From the IMG/VR virus record IMGVR_UViG_3300005542_000007, positions 64,001 through 128,000 of that record: 64,000 bases of DNA. One strand, given 5' to 3'. The stretch comes from a virus. The translations under genes were made by a program, and so were the position numbers. Below the pieces are notes generated by a model. It made no database searches. It was not told the origin of the DNA and saw only the letters and a program-made list of their open reading frames with translations. Within the stretch, counting starts at the first letter, position 1. Every line of letters begins with the position of its first letter. Positions 26,394 through 36,514 of this stretch are shown piece by piece.

Positions 26394-28808
26394 ATGATAC
26401 CCTATTCCGTAAAAATTAATGAAAGATTAAGTGCCGCCCCAATTTCTGGAGAATCACATATAATTGGTATAGTTGGGGTTGCAACTTATGCTCCTGGATT
26501 AATTCGTTTAGTTGAAGTACCACAAGGTCCGGCACCTGCGGTAACTATTCCTGGGTATATTGAAATCACAAGTGGGTCTCCATCAGGCACACAATTTTTA
26601 GTTAATTATACAACAGGGGTTGTAACTTTTAATACATCACAGGATGGAATCACCATTTCAGTATCCTATAATGGACTTGGATCAGAAATTTCAGCCGAAG
26701 ATATAAATGAACTTCAAGAACCTCTTGGAACTGGCAATGGTGAAATTGCGAATTTATCAATTACCTATAACTGGCCAGCCGCTCCAACTGTTACGTGGTC
26801 TTTAGCTCCAGGCATCGTATCAAATACTAATGTTTCCCCTTCTGCTGCCATTTCTTTGACAAAACTTCAAACATTGAATCCTAATATTGTTCCAGTAACC
26901 AATGGTTCTGGTATATTAGTTTCTTCCGCTACTACAGCAACAGAACTGAGTTTCTTAGATGCTACATCTTCGATTCAAACTCAATTAAACTTAAAACAAA
27001 CATCTGGTAATTTTATTACCGCTTTGACTGGCGATGTTACTACCAGTTTATTTAATCTTCTTAATACAGCATCTACTTATGCAGTTCTAGGCGCTACAAC
27101 GGTTACAAATACGGCAACTCCTACTATGTTAACTGGAGACCTTGGTTTAAATCCAGGTACCTCAATCACAGGGTTTCCTCCTGGGACATTTACTGGTACT
27201 GAACGTATTGCAAATAGTTTTGCAGCCCAAGCTCAGACGGACGCTTCTTCGGCATATACACTTCTAGCTGCTCTTCCCTTTACAACTGATTTAACTGGAC
27301 AAGTTTTAGGTACGGGGGGAGTTGTACCAACACTTACTGCTGGCGTTTACAAATTCTCTTCCTCAGCCCAGTTAACTGGTACCTTAACATTAGATGCTCA
27401 GAATAATCCCAATGCCCAATTCATTTTTCAAATTGGTTCTACATTAACTACTGCATCGGCTTCTTCCGTCATAATAATTAATGGAGGAAATGCTAATAAT
27501 ATTTACTGGTTGTGTGGAACTTCAGCCACGTTGGGCACAACTACAAATTTCCAAGGAACTATTATTGCTTCTGCAAGCATTACAGCTAATACGAGCGCTT
27601 CAGTTAGTGGCCGTTTAATTGCTCTAACAGGCGCGGTAACATTGGACGATAATGCTATTACTGTTACAATTGGTCCTGTTGGATTAGAAATTGCTACACT
27701 TTCCCCTACAGCGGCTGTTTTATCCATACATGCTGATTCTAGTCCCAATCTCACTGGGAATGTACAATTAGTTTCAGGTACTAATGTTACTCTTTCCCAG
27801 GTTGGTCAAGCTATTACAATTAATGCCGCTAGTGGAAGTAGTGGTATTACACAATTAACGGGAGATGTTACTACCAGTCCTCCTAATCCATATCTTGCTA
27901 CAGCAGCAACTTATGCTGTTTTGGGTGATACTGCTGTAACAAATACTGGATTTACAGTCTTAACAGGGGATCTTGGTATTTACCCTGGTACCTCAATTAC
28001 AGGATTCCCTCCAGGTACATTTTCTGGAACTGAACATATTGCAGATGCGGCAGCACATCAAGCTCATAATGATGCTACTTCTGCGGTAGCAACATTAGAT
28101 GCAACTCCTGTTACAATGGATATTACTTCAACAGACTTAGGTGGTTTTGTTGCAACACCTGGGCATTATGATTCCTCTTCGGCAGGAATCTGGTCTGCTG
28201 GAAACCTCACACTCAATGGTGCAGGTACTTATATCTTTACGTTTGATACCTCTCTTACAATGCCAGCAAGTGCAAACGTAGTTCTAACGGGTGGAGCAAT
28301 TGCTGATGATGTTTATTTTATTACTGGAACAACATTCACCTTTGGTGCCAATGATACTGTTAATGGTACAATTCTAGCAGGTACATCCATTACTTTTGCA
28401 GCTTCTTCAGTATTGAATGGTAGAGCTTTAGTTTATGGCCCTAGTGGAACGACAGTTACATTCCCAAGTGCAGGTACTGTTACTGTTCCTCCAGGTTCTG
28501 GTGGTACACAATTTGCTACTATTGCAAATGGTGTAATCACTCCTTCGATGATTACGACTTCGGCAACCGCCGATTTTACATTTCCACGCGATGTTTTTGT
28601 CACTAGAAATCTTGGTGTTGGAACGAGTTCAGTAGTTGCAAGTGCAATTGTAGAAATAGATTCTACAACCAAAGGCTTTCTTCCACCAAGAATGACAACA
28701 ACTCAGCGCAATGCTATTTCTTCTCCTGCTGAGGGGTTAATTGTTTATGATATCACAGATCATCAATGGTATGGATGGAATAATAGTTCTTGGGTTATTT
28801 TAGGCTAA
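26394..28808 (+). CDS. Baseplate/fibre protein with two DUF3494 ice-binding-like domains
   Basis: DUF3494 at ~27057-27668 (canonical SSAQLTGTLTLDAQ.NPNA.FIFQIGSTLTTAS) and ~27884-28490; C-terminal GFLPPRMTTTQR motif. Confidence 0.8.
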   Translation: MIPYSVKINERLSAAPISGESHIIGIVGVATYAPGLIRLVEVPQGPAPAVTIPGYIEITSGSPSGTQFLVNYTTGVVTFNTSQDGITISVSYNGLGSEISAEDINELQEPLGTGNGEIANLSITYNWPAAPTVTWSLAPGIVSNTNVSPSAAISLTKLQTLNPNIVPVTNGSGILVSSATTATELSFLDATSSIQTQLNLKQTSGNFITALTGDVTTSLFNLLNTASTYAVLGATTVTNTATPTMLTGDLGLNPGTSITGFPPGTFTGTERIANSFAAQAQTDASSAYTLLAALPFTTDLTGQVLGTGGVVPTLTAGVYKFSSSAQLTGTLTLDAQNNPNAQFIFQIGSTLTTASASSVIIINGGNANNIYWLCGTSATLGTTTNFQGTIIASASITANTSASVSGRLIALTGAVTLDDNAITVTIGPVGLEIATLSPTAAVLSIHADSSPNLTGNVQLVSGTNVTLSQVGQAITINAASGSSGITQLTGDVTTSPPNPYLATAATYAVLGDTAVTNTGFTVLTGDLGIYPGTSITGFPPGTFSGTEHIADAAAHQAHNDATSAVATLDATPVTMDITSTDLGGFVATPGHYDSSSAGIWSAGNLTLNGAGTYIFTFDTSLTMPASANVVLTGGAIADDVYFITGTTFTFGANDTVNGTILAGTSITFAASSVLNGRALVYGPSGTTVTFPSAGTVTVPPGSGGTQFATIANGVITPSMITTSATADFTFPRDVFVTRNLGVGTSSVVASAIVEIDSTTKGFLPPRMTTTQRNAISSPAEGLIVYDITDHQWYGWNNSSWVILG

Positions 28809-28818
28809 GGTAAAAATT

Positions 28819-30873
28819 ATGGCATTTTATGGTGCTGGCATATTTTATAATTCTGGAGCTTTCTACACAGGAGCGGTAACTTCTCCTGCACAAGGTATTC
28901 CTATTGATCTCCGTTTTTATAGAACGTCTCAGGATGGAATTTATGTTTTCTGGTGGGGGTTTGACCCAGCATTTATTACTCCTGCGTTAGCGTTAGCGGG
29001 TTTCGATTTAGAGTTGGATACTAGTCCTTTATTCGATTCCCCAAATTTGGCTACTTTTACACAGCTTACGGCGATTACTTTTCAAAATGGAAATGTCCGA
29101 AAAGGATTTGCTGTCCCAGTGGCTGCTCGTATTAATGCCACCGTACAGACTTGGTACGCAAGAGTAAGAACGCATACTGTTTCATTCACATCTGATTGGT
29201 CATCTACATTGATATGGACTATTCCTCAATCTGTACAACAATCTACGGCTGAAGCTTTAATGGAATCATTGCCCGATTTTCATGTTTATGGTAAAGGCGA
29301 TTTATTAAAACCAGTAGATCAACGTAAGACAAATTTGTGGCTTGTGGAAGATATGTATGGGAATCAATTTGATCAGATCTACTATGCTGATTTTCTTACT
29401 CAAACGAATAACTATGTAGATTTATGTGTCGATGAGGATTTATTTCAAAATTTTGGTGTGTTGTTTAATTTTCCTAAACCAGCAAATATGCAGTTTGTAG
29501 ATTATCGCTGGATTTTGATGAATTTGTATTTAGCTTCTTTGGTAGGCAGTACAAACGAAGCTATTATTTTAACTATCCAAGCTTTTACCGGGGTCCCTCC
29601 CCAAATTACCAATGTTAGGGATGAAGATGATTTCTTTCTGGTTACGATTCAAGATCCACCAGTTGTTCCTAGCGGGCCGCAAACCGTTTTTCATACATCG
29701 CAACCTTATATTGACTCAACTTTAAGGATAGAAGATATTACAACAGGACTTTTTGTACCAAGTAGTGCTTATACAACAGATGGGGCATTAGGAACTTGGA
29801 CAATGAACGTAGCAACAACAGATACATTACAAGCCATGTTTGATGTTGGAAATCCTAATGATCCTGCTCCAGTAATATTCGATGCTTTGTCCGGCGCTAC
29901 TGCTTTAACTGGACTTGTAACTTTTACAAATGGCAGTAACAATATTGTTGGGAATAATGCTGTTGTTAGCCCCTCTCTCCTTCTTTCAGCATCTACCTTT
30001 GCTGTTCTAGGAGATACAGCAGTTACCAATACAGGATTTACAGTACTTACAGGAGATCTAGGCGTTTCGCCAGGATCTTCAGTCACTGGTTTCCCTCCAG
30101 GTACCTTTACAGGCTCTTTGCATCAAGGAGATGCGGTAGCAGCCCAAGCTCATACTGATGCAACATCTGCTGCTGCTGTTCTATTAGCTCGTACTCCGGT
30201 CACTGATATTTCTTCAACTGACTTAAATGGTGCTACTCTTACAGCAGGTAATTATCACGCTACTTCAACAGGCACATTCACTGCTACTGGAACACTTACT
30301 CTAGATGGTGGCGGAGACCCAAATTCTATATTTGTACTTTCTTTTGGTACAAGCATGACTCTTGGTGCCAATGATAATGTGGTTTTAATTAATGGTGCAA
30401 ACGCCAATAATGTTTATTGGATAACAGGTACAACCTTTACATTTGGTGCCAATGATACTGTTAATGGTACAATTCTAGCAGGTACATCCATTACATTTGC
30501 TTCCAATAGCGTTCTTAATGGAAGGGCTCTTTGTTATGGCCCTTCAGGAACAACCGTTACATTTCCAAGTGCTGGTACTGTTACTGTTCCACCTCCTTCT
30601 ATTATTAGTGGTACATTATTTTTATCTCAATTAAGTGTTGGACAGGAAATTACAGATCCCAATGGTATTTTTATAGGAGAAATAAGTCAAATAACCGACA
30701 ATACTCATGCCACTTTATTAAATCCTTGGGCAGGACCTACTGAAGTTGTTACTGCGTATAGATTACTTTATACAGATTTGCAACTTCCCCCTCCAATTCT
30801 TTGGGATAAATCTACACTAGCTTTTGGAGTCATCATCACTATTTTTAACCCAGGAAATTTTATCCTGAACTAA
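28819..30873 (+). CDS. Baseplate wedge (gpI-like) protein with inserted DUF3494 domain
   Basis: LFQNFG...DYRWIL...GST.EAI...IQAFTG wedge motif; DUF3494 at ~29974-30590. Confidence 0.7.
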   Translation: MAFYGAGIFYNSGAFYTGAVTSPAQGIPIDLRFYRTSQDGIYVFWWGFDPAFITPALALAGFDLELDTSPLFDSPNLATFTQLTAITFQNGNVRKGFAVPVAARINATVQTWYARVRTHTVSFTSDWSSTLIWTIPQSVQQSTAEALMESLPDFHVYGKGDLLKPVDQRKTNLWLVEDMYGNQFDQIYYADFLTQTNNYVDLCVDEDLFQNFGVLFNFPKPANMQFVDYRWILMNLYLASLVGSTNEAIILTIQAFTGVPPQITNVRDEDDFFLVTIQDPPVVPSGPQTVFHTSQPYIDSTLRIEDITTGLFVPSSAYTTDGALGTWTMNVATTDTLQAMFDVGNPNDPAPVIFDALSGATALTGLVTFTNGSNNIVGNNAVVSPSLLLSASTFAVLGDTAVTNTGFTVLTGDLGVSPGSSVTGFPPGTFTGSLHQGDAVAAQAHTDATSAAAVLLARTPVTDISSTDLNGATLTAGNYHATSTGTFTATGTLTLDGGGDPNSIFVLSFGTSMTLGANDNVVLINGANANNVYWITGTTFTFGANDTVNGTILAGTSITFASNSVLNGRALCYGPSGTTVTFPSAGTVTVPPPSIISGTLFLSQLSVGQEITDPNGIFIGEISQITDNTHATLLNPWAGPTEVVTAYRLLYTDLQLPPPILWDKSTLAFGVIITIFNPGNFILN

Positions 30874-30896
30874 GGAATACTATTAGGAGAACTATT

Positions 30897-31361
30897 ATGT
30901 CAGAATTGAATGAAACGCTTAAATTAAAAGGAACGGTTACATTGAAAATGTACGATGCCGATGGAAAATTAATCCATGAGCAATGTAATCCGAACCTGAT
31001 AGTCACAGTAGGTAAATCTTATTTAGCTACTTGGCTTGCTGCTGCATCGCAAGCTGGTAAATTTATGTCTTATATTGCACTTGGAACTGGGTCAGCATCT
31101 CCTACAGTGGGAGATACCTCGCTTCAAAGTGAGTTTTCAGGTGGTGGATATTCAAGACAACAGGGGACTCTAACAGGCTCTTCAAACGTTTGGCAAAATG
31201 TTGCCACATTTCCCGCTGGAAATGGTACAGGTGCAATTACTGAAGCGGGGTTATTTTCGGCAGTTACTTCTGGTACAATGTTTGCTCGTCAAGTTTTTGC
31301 TGTTGTAAATAAAGCTTCTGGAAATACTGTTATTATAACTTGGCAAGTGTCGTTTTCATAA
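30897..31361 (+). CDS. Tail fibre attachment/collar-fibre-like protein
   Basis: NLIVTVG...YIALGTG...DTSL..E...ITEAGLF...MFAR...V.K...ITW.V.F motif. Confidence 0.7.
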   Translation: MSELNETLKLKGTVTLKMYDADGKLIHEQCNPNLIVTVGKSYLATWLAAASQAGKFMSYIALGTGSASPTVGDTSLQSEFSGGGYSRQQGTLTGSSNVWQNVATFPAGNGTGAITEAGLFSAVTSGTMFARQVFAVVNKASGNTVIITWQVSFS

Positions 31362-31381
31362 AATTACAAAGGATAATTTAG

Positions 31382-33703
31382 ATGCCTTCTCCCTCATGGT
31401 CATTTACTGGATCATTACCTAATACTCCAAGACGTGATATTCCCTGTGTTATTTTACAAAATGGGAAGGCACTCATAGCTGGAGGAGATGGTTCTTCTCC
31501 TACGAATACTGTAAGTACTCTCTATGATCCTGGGACAGGGATTTGGACAGATACCGGATCTTTAAATACCGCGAGATCAAATGCTCCTGCAATCGTTTTG
31601 CAAAATGGGAAAGTTTTAATTGCTGGTGGTGGTGATGCCGTAGGTCCTATTACATCCTGTGAATTATATGATCCAGGTACAGGATTATGGACACCTACTG
31701 GTTCATTAAATACTGCTAGATCTATAGCAATACTCATTTTGTTAAATGATGGAACAGTTTTACTTGCAGGTGGATTTTTTAGTGGAGGAAATGCTACAGC
31801 TACTGCTGAAATATACGATCCTGTAGCCGCAACATGGTCTTTTACTACAGGACCTTTGAATCAATCTAGAGCGTCATATGGGGCGGTTAAATTAAATAAT
31901 GGAAAAGTTCTTTTTGCAGGTGGAGAATCACCTGTTCATAGTCCTCTTAGTAGTAGTGAACTTTATGATCCTGTTACTAAAACATTTTCATTTACAGGAT
32001 CACTTAGTTCTACTCATACAGCAGATGAATCAGTAAATAATTTATGTTGTTTATTGAATGACGGAACTGTATTGTTAGCTAGTGGTAATTCTTCTACAAC
32101 TTCAGAAGTTTATGATCCTGTGGCTGGAACCTGGGGTCATACTGCTACTTTGTCCTCTGTGCATTTTGGAACAACACCACAGGTGTTAAGAGACGGCAAA
32201 GTAATACTTCCTGGAGGTGCTGATATAAGTGGGCTATCAACAACTGTTGTAGATTTATATAATCCTGATACAGTTTCATGGACACCCACGGCCAGTCTTA
32301 ATACGTCTCGTGCTAATTTTGGTATTGCAACATTATCTAATGGAACGGTTATAGTTGTAGGAGGAGTAAATAGCCATGTTCCCGTTGATTTATCTTCCGC
32401 CGAACTATACAATTATCCATTCATCAATGATCATTGGATTGCTACAACTGGGCAACTTAATGTTGCAAGAGGTGGTGGTTCATCTTTAGTTAAGTTGAAT
32501 AATGGAAAGATACTACTTATTGGTGGAGAAAATTCTACATTTACGGATACTTTAACTTCTTGTGAATTATTTGACCCAATTGCCCAAACTTGGTCTGTGA
32601 CTGGAAGTTTAATCCAAAAAAAGAGACTCGCTGGTGCAGTTCTACTGACAATTGGACCTAACGCGGGAAAAGTATTAAGCATTGGTGGATTAGCTGGTAG
32701 TCCTTTATCCGATTGTGAGATCTACGATCCAACCGCAGGAACTTGGTCCAGTACAGGTTCGATGGCCAATCCAAGGTGGGGCTTTGCTTCTTTCACTCTT
32801 CCATCTGGTAAAATTCTTGTAGTATGTGGAGTTGGGGCTACTGGACAATGTGAAATTTATGATCCTGTAGCTGGAACTTGGAGTACTGCTGCGGCATATC
32901 CACAGGGAAACATGTTTACGTTCATGGGCTTCGCAACATTAAACGATGGGCGTCCAATTGTTATAGGCGGCGCATCAGTTATTGGGGGGTCCTTTGCGAA
33001 TGTTAATATTTACAATGAAGGTAGTGATACATGGGCCGCACAAACGTCTTACCCTTTGATAGTCGAAGATCAGGGTATAGCGAATTTTGTTATAACGCTT
33101 TTATCAGGAAAAGTTTTAGTTGTAGGTGGATTTGATGCCACTTCTACATATTATACAGCATGTAATATTTTTGACCCTGTGGCGAATACTTGGAGTGTGG
33201 CTGCATCTTTGCCCTTCACTGCGAAGGTTCCAGGAGCGCTTTATTTGTTGGTGGATGGTACCGTACTTTGTGCTGGGGGATATGATGGAGCTTCTCTTTC
33301 TGATAGCGAGATTTATGATCCAGTTGCTAATACCTGGACTCCTACCGGAAGTTTATTGGAAGCGTCATTTCTTGGAAATTCCAGCCAACCCCAAGGTATT
33401 GTTTTAAATAATCCTAGTTACCCTTTATGGGCGGGTCAGGGTGTATCACCTTTTACTAGATCAGAAGTTTTTCAAACACCAATACTTTCTATATTTTTAT
33501 CTGATTCTATAACGATGTCAGATTCACAAACCGAAGCACTTGCTATTCCTTTGGCAGATTCAATATCTTTAACAGACACATTCCCAAATTCATTTTCAGT
33601 CGAAAGCAATGCCGTAACACCAGTAAATATTCCAATAGTAGAAAATTTAGTAAATCAGCTTGTACCTGCGGATGTAAAGACATATTTTAAAATAGAGGAA
33701 TAA
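31382..33703 (+). CDS. Double Kelch beta-propeller virion protein
   Basis: About 12 Kelch repeats; N-terminus MPSPSWSFTGSLPNTPR nearly identical to 8272..10785. Confidence 0.8.
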   Translation: MPSPSWSFTGSLPNTPRRDIPCVILQNGKALIAGGDGSSPTNTVSTLYDPGTGIWTDTGSLNTARSNAPAIVLQNGKVLIAGGGDAVGPITSCELYDPGTGLWTPTGSLNTARSIAILILLNDGTVLLAGGFFSGGNATATAEIYDPVAATWSFTTGPLNQSRASYGAVKLNNGKVLFAGGESPVHSPLSSSELYDPVTKTFSFTGSLSSTHTADESVNNLCCLLNDGTVLLASGNSSTTSEVYDPVAGTWGHTATLSSVHFGTTPQVLRDGKVILPGGADISGLSTTVVDLYNPDTVSWTPTASLNTSRANFGIATLSNGTVIVVGGVNSHVPVDLSSAELYNYPFINDHWIATTGQLNVARGGGSSLVKLNNGKILLIGGENSTFTDTLTSCELFDPIAQTWSVTGSLIQKKRLAGAVLLTIGPNAGKVLSIGGLAGSPLSDCEIYDPTAGTWSSTGSMANPRWGFASFTLPSGKILVVCGVGATGQCEIYDPVAGTWSTAAAYPQGNMFTFMGFATLNDGRPIVIGGASVIGGSFANVNIYNEGSDTWAAQTSYPLIVEDQGIANFVITLLSGKVLVVGGFDATSTYYTACNIFDPVANTWSVAASLPFTAKVPGALYLLVDGTVLCAGGYDGASLSDSEIYDPVANTWTPTGSLLEASFLGNSSQPQGIVLNNPSYPLWAGQGVSPFTRSEVFQTPILSIFLSDSITMSDSQTEALAIPLADSISLTDTFPNSFSVESNAVTPVNIPIVENLVNQLVPADVKTYFKIEE

Positions 33704-33727
33704 GGATAAGATTTAAAGGAGATTCAT

Positions 33728-35584
33728 ATGTCATCAGTTATTTTTAGCAATGCCCAGCGCATAATTGCACAAATTTTTGAATGGTTACAGACAAGTAATC
33801 AAGGTCAAACAACTAATCTAATTACAGATACTTTCTCGGCTGGAATAGACAATGCTACTACCTCGGGAGAAGGATTTCTTGTTGTCCCTGGCACCAATAA
33901 TACTCCAGCTAATCCTTCAGTTAATGTTACATTGGGTGGGATAGCATATGACCCACGAGGGGCGAGAATCTTTATTTCTCCTTCTGATGCTCTCCTCTAC
34001 AACCCAACAAATACTACTGCTACTACAAATGACGGTTTAGGAAATTTTCTCAGCACACCTCAAAGTACTGGAGTTGTAAATATCCCCGTAACTCAATCAT
34101 CACAAAATTATCTTTGGATTAATTATCTTGCTACTATCGATACTACTGCGTTTACTTTAAATGCTGAAACAAATGCTAAAATTTTTTATAAACAAACAGA
34201 TGGGTATAATATTCGAGTAACAGTTACCAATGTTCCTCCTGATGCCAATGCTATTTTCTTAGCAGCAGTGAATATGGTGGGAGGTGGAGCAGTAGCTTCA
34301 TCTAATATTTCACAGGTAGGACGTACATTTTATCACATTCTTCCAAATATTGTTCCTATAACTACACCCTTTAATGATGGATCAAATCGGACACCTTCAT
34401 ACAATCAAAATTCAACATATACGCTTGATGCCCATATAAAAAGTATTGGTACTGGAACAGGTATTAGTCCTTTCAATCCTCATAACATGTCATTGGCAGA
34501 TTTAGGTGTCGCTGCATTGGATACGGTAGTTGGTCGCACTCAAATCGAAGGTAATAATAATGTTATTATTGCAGGAACTCCTGGGAATCCTTTTCCTTCT
34601 ACCTCTGCTATGGCAACCAGTATCAATATTGTAAATCCTGGAAGCGATACAATTAACGTTTTTCAACTCCTCTCCTCTGAATTTGCCATCGTCAATGGTA
34701 CTGCATATAATGTTAATGCAATTTTTGGAGCTTCTCCTACTAACGCTACTGTTATATTTCCCGATGCTTCTGGCACTTATAATGTTTATTGGGATTCTGT
34801 TACCAAATCTTTTGCAGTTACGACAATTAGTATTGCGTCGGATATGACAAAACTTTGGCTTGCTACCGTTACGTATACATTTGTTGGGCACGGCGTTTCG
34901 GATCACAATGCTTTATCGGGTTTAGTGGATCATAGATTCATCGGAGGTACGACTAATTTATTGCAACGTTGGACTACCGCATCCAGACCTACAAATCCAG
35001 TAGTGGGAGAATTTGGTTTTAATGTCACGCTAAATTCATTCGAATTTTGGGATGGAAGTAGTTGGCAACAGACAGTTACTGGGACAGCTAACGGAGCCGT
35101 TCCTACAGGTACCATTCTTGAATTCGCAGGATCTTCCGCACCTACTGGATTCTTAATGGCGAATGGATCTTCTCAATCCACAGCAGCGTTCCCCGCATTG
35201 TTTGCAGTTATTGGATATACTTATGGTGGAGCGGGACCTAGTTTTAATGTTCCAAATAGAATAAACGTTGTAGGTGTTGGAGCGGGAGGAAGTATTGTTC
35301 CTACTCTCGGAAGTACCGCAGGGTCTACTACCCAAACTCCTACTCAAAATCCACACCAACACAAAGAAAATATAGTTGCTGATAGTGGTGTGGGACGTGG
35401 TGTTAATGATGTTGCGGAATTTGGTACTGCTCCAGAATCGGGAACTAGGACGGTGGGTACTTTTGCAAGTGCTAGTCCTCTTACCGCAGCTAGTATTTAT
35501 TTAACATCTGCTGAAACGGCTACAAATAATCCAGTGAGTGTTGTACAGCCTAGCATTGGGTTGAACTACATCATAAAAACATAA
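33728..35584 (+). CDS. Tail fibre protein with tail-collar domain
   Basis: VPTGTILEFAGSSAPTGFLMANG...FPALFAVIG.TYGG...FNVP...QPSIGLNYIIK. Confidence 0.85.
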   Translation: MSSVIFSNAQRIIAQIFEWLQTSNQGQTTNLITDTFSAGIDNATTSGEGFLVVPGTNNTPANPSVNVTLGGIAYDPRGARIFISPSDALLYNPTNTTATTNDGLGNFLSTPQSTGVVNIPVTQSSQNYLWINYLATIDTTAFTLNAETNAKIFYKQTDGYNIRVTVTNVPPDANAIFLAAVNMVGGGAVASSNISQVGRTFYHILPNIVPITTPFNDGSNRTPSYNQNSTYTLDAHIKSIGTGTGISPFNPHNMSLADLGVAALDTVVGRTQIEGNNNVIIAGTPGNPFPSTSAMATSINIVNPGSDTINVFQLLSSEFAIVNGTAYNVNAIFGASPTNATVIFPDASGTYNVYWDSVTKSFAVTTISIASDMTKLWLATVTYTFVGHGVSDHNALSGLVDHRFIGGTTNLLQRWTTASRPTNPVVGEFGFNVTLNSFEFWDGSSWQQTVTGTANGAVPTGTILEFAGSSAPTGFLMANGSSQSTAAFPALFAVIGYTYGGAGPSFNVPNRINVVGVGAGGSIVPTLGSTAGSTTQTPTQNPHQHKENIVADSGVGRGVNDVAEFGTAPESGTRTVGTFASASPLTAASIYLTSAETATNNPVSVVQPSIGLNYIIKT

Positions 35585-35604
35585 TATCGAAAAAGAGGAA
35601 CAAT

Positions 35605-35862
35605 ATGAGTGATTCTATTACGAGTTGTACGTTACGTAAAAATTCTGATGGCACAATTCAGATATATGATGTTACTTTTTCATTTGATAACATGAATATT
35701 CCACTTGCTTTAAATACTGTAAGCGTTGAAAGTTCACTGTTGTCTAACCCAAATGATTTAAACGAAGTGAAACTTCTAGCTTGTCAGCAAGCAAAAGCAA
35801 TTAAAGAATCCTATTCAAACGTAGTTGTAATTACTGATTTGACTGGTCCTGTAACGCTATAA
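35605..35862 (+). CDS. Putative fibre assembly/accessory protein
   Basis: 85 aa directly after fibre gene; GAGGA RBS. Confidence 0.45.
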   Translation: MSDSITSCTLRKNSDGTIQIYDVTFSFDNMNIPLALNTVSVESSLLSNPNDLNEVKLLACQQAKAIKESYSNVVVITDLTGPVTL

Positions 35863-35911
35863 GGACTTGTTGTTTTAAGCAAAACCAGTTATACTAAAGA
35901 TAAGAAAAGCG

Positions 35912-36502
35912 ATGAATCTATTCTTCGAATTATTTTATAAGCCCTGGGTTTCTATGGCATTTTATCCCATGCCTGTGGAACACTGGGCTTTTTTTAATGA
36001 AGCCCTAGCTTCTTTTCCTACAATTGAACTGCTTCCTGGATACCCTTCATCTTCTCGCCGCACTAAAAAAATTCAACTTGTTGTGCTCCACCATACTGGA
36101 AGCCTTGACGTTTCCAAAGCACTTAAATGGTTTAATAATCCCAACAATTATGCTTCGACGCATTGGCTTGTTGATTTGGATGGACATGTGCAGCAACTTG
36201 TATCTGAAGAGAATGCATCGCTTAATATTCAAAATGCCAAATATAAGAATTCCAGACTCGTTGCAGAAATGAGTTTGGGAATACATTTGGTTGGGAATGG
36301 ATTTACGCCTTTTACAGAAGCTCAATACGAGGCCGTTGCTATGCTTTGCTCTTATATACAAAGAAAGTATGGACTGAAGAATGAGGAGATTTTTAAACAC
36401 GCTGAGGTTGAGACAGTGAATTCAGTTGCTCCTGCCAACGACCCCGCACCATGGGATAAAGAAAAGTTCCAAACATTGCTTGCACAATTTAAAGGAATCT
36501 GA
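35912..36502 (+). CDS. N-acetylmuramoyl-L-alanine amidase (Amidase_2 fold), atypical active site
   Basis: VVLHHTG, ASTHWLVD.DG...QLV, FTEAQY, KH...DP. Confidence 0.8.
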   Translation: MNLFFELFYKPWVSMAFYPMPVEHWAFFNEALASFPTIELLPGYPSSSRRTKKIQLVVLHHTGSLDVSKALKWFNNPNNYASTHWLVDLDGHVQQLVSEENASLNIQNAKYKNSRLVAEMSLGIHLVGNGFTPFTEAQYEAVAMLCSYIQRKYGLKNEEIFKHAEVETVNSVAPANDPAPWDKEKFQTLLAQFKGI

Positions 36503-36508
36503 TATAAT
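36480..36508 (+). promoter_or_regulatory. sigma70-type promoter, probable leaderless transcript
   Basis: TTGCAC-17-TATAAT, TG extension, ATG 6 nt downstream with no SD. Confidence 0.6.
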
Positions 36509-36514
36509 AGTGGT

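Noticed and set aside
13623-30590. Diversity-generating retroelement template/variable repeats among DUF3494 copies
   Set aside because: Differences are not adenine-specific, all copies are coding, and no reverse transcriptase is in the window
10827-35862. Extracellular contractile injection system or tailocin
   Set aside because: Contiguous with phage replication, recombination, tRNA and HNH genes in the same orientation; best read as a phage tail module
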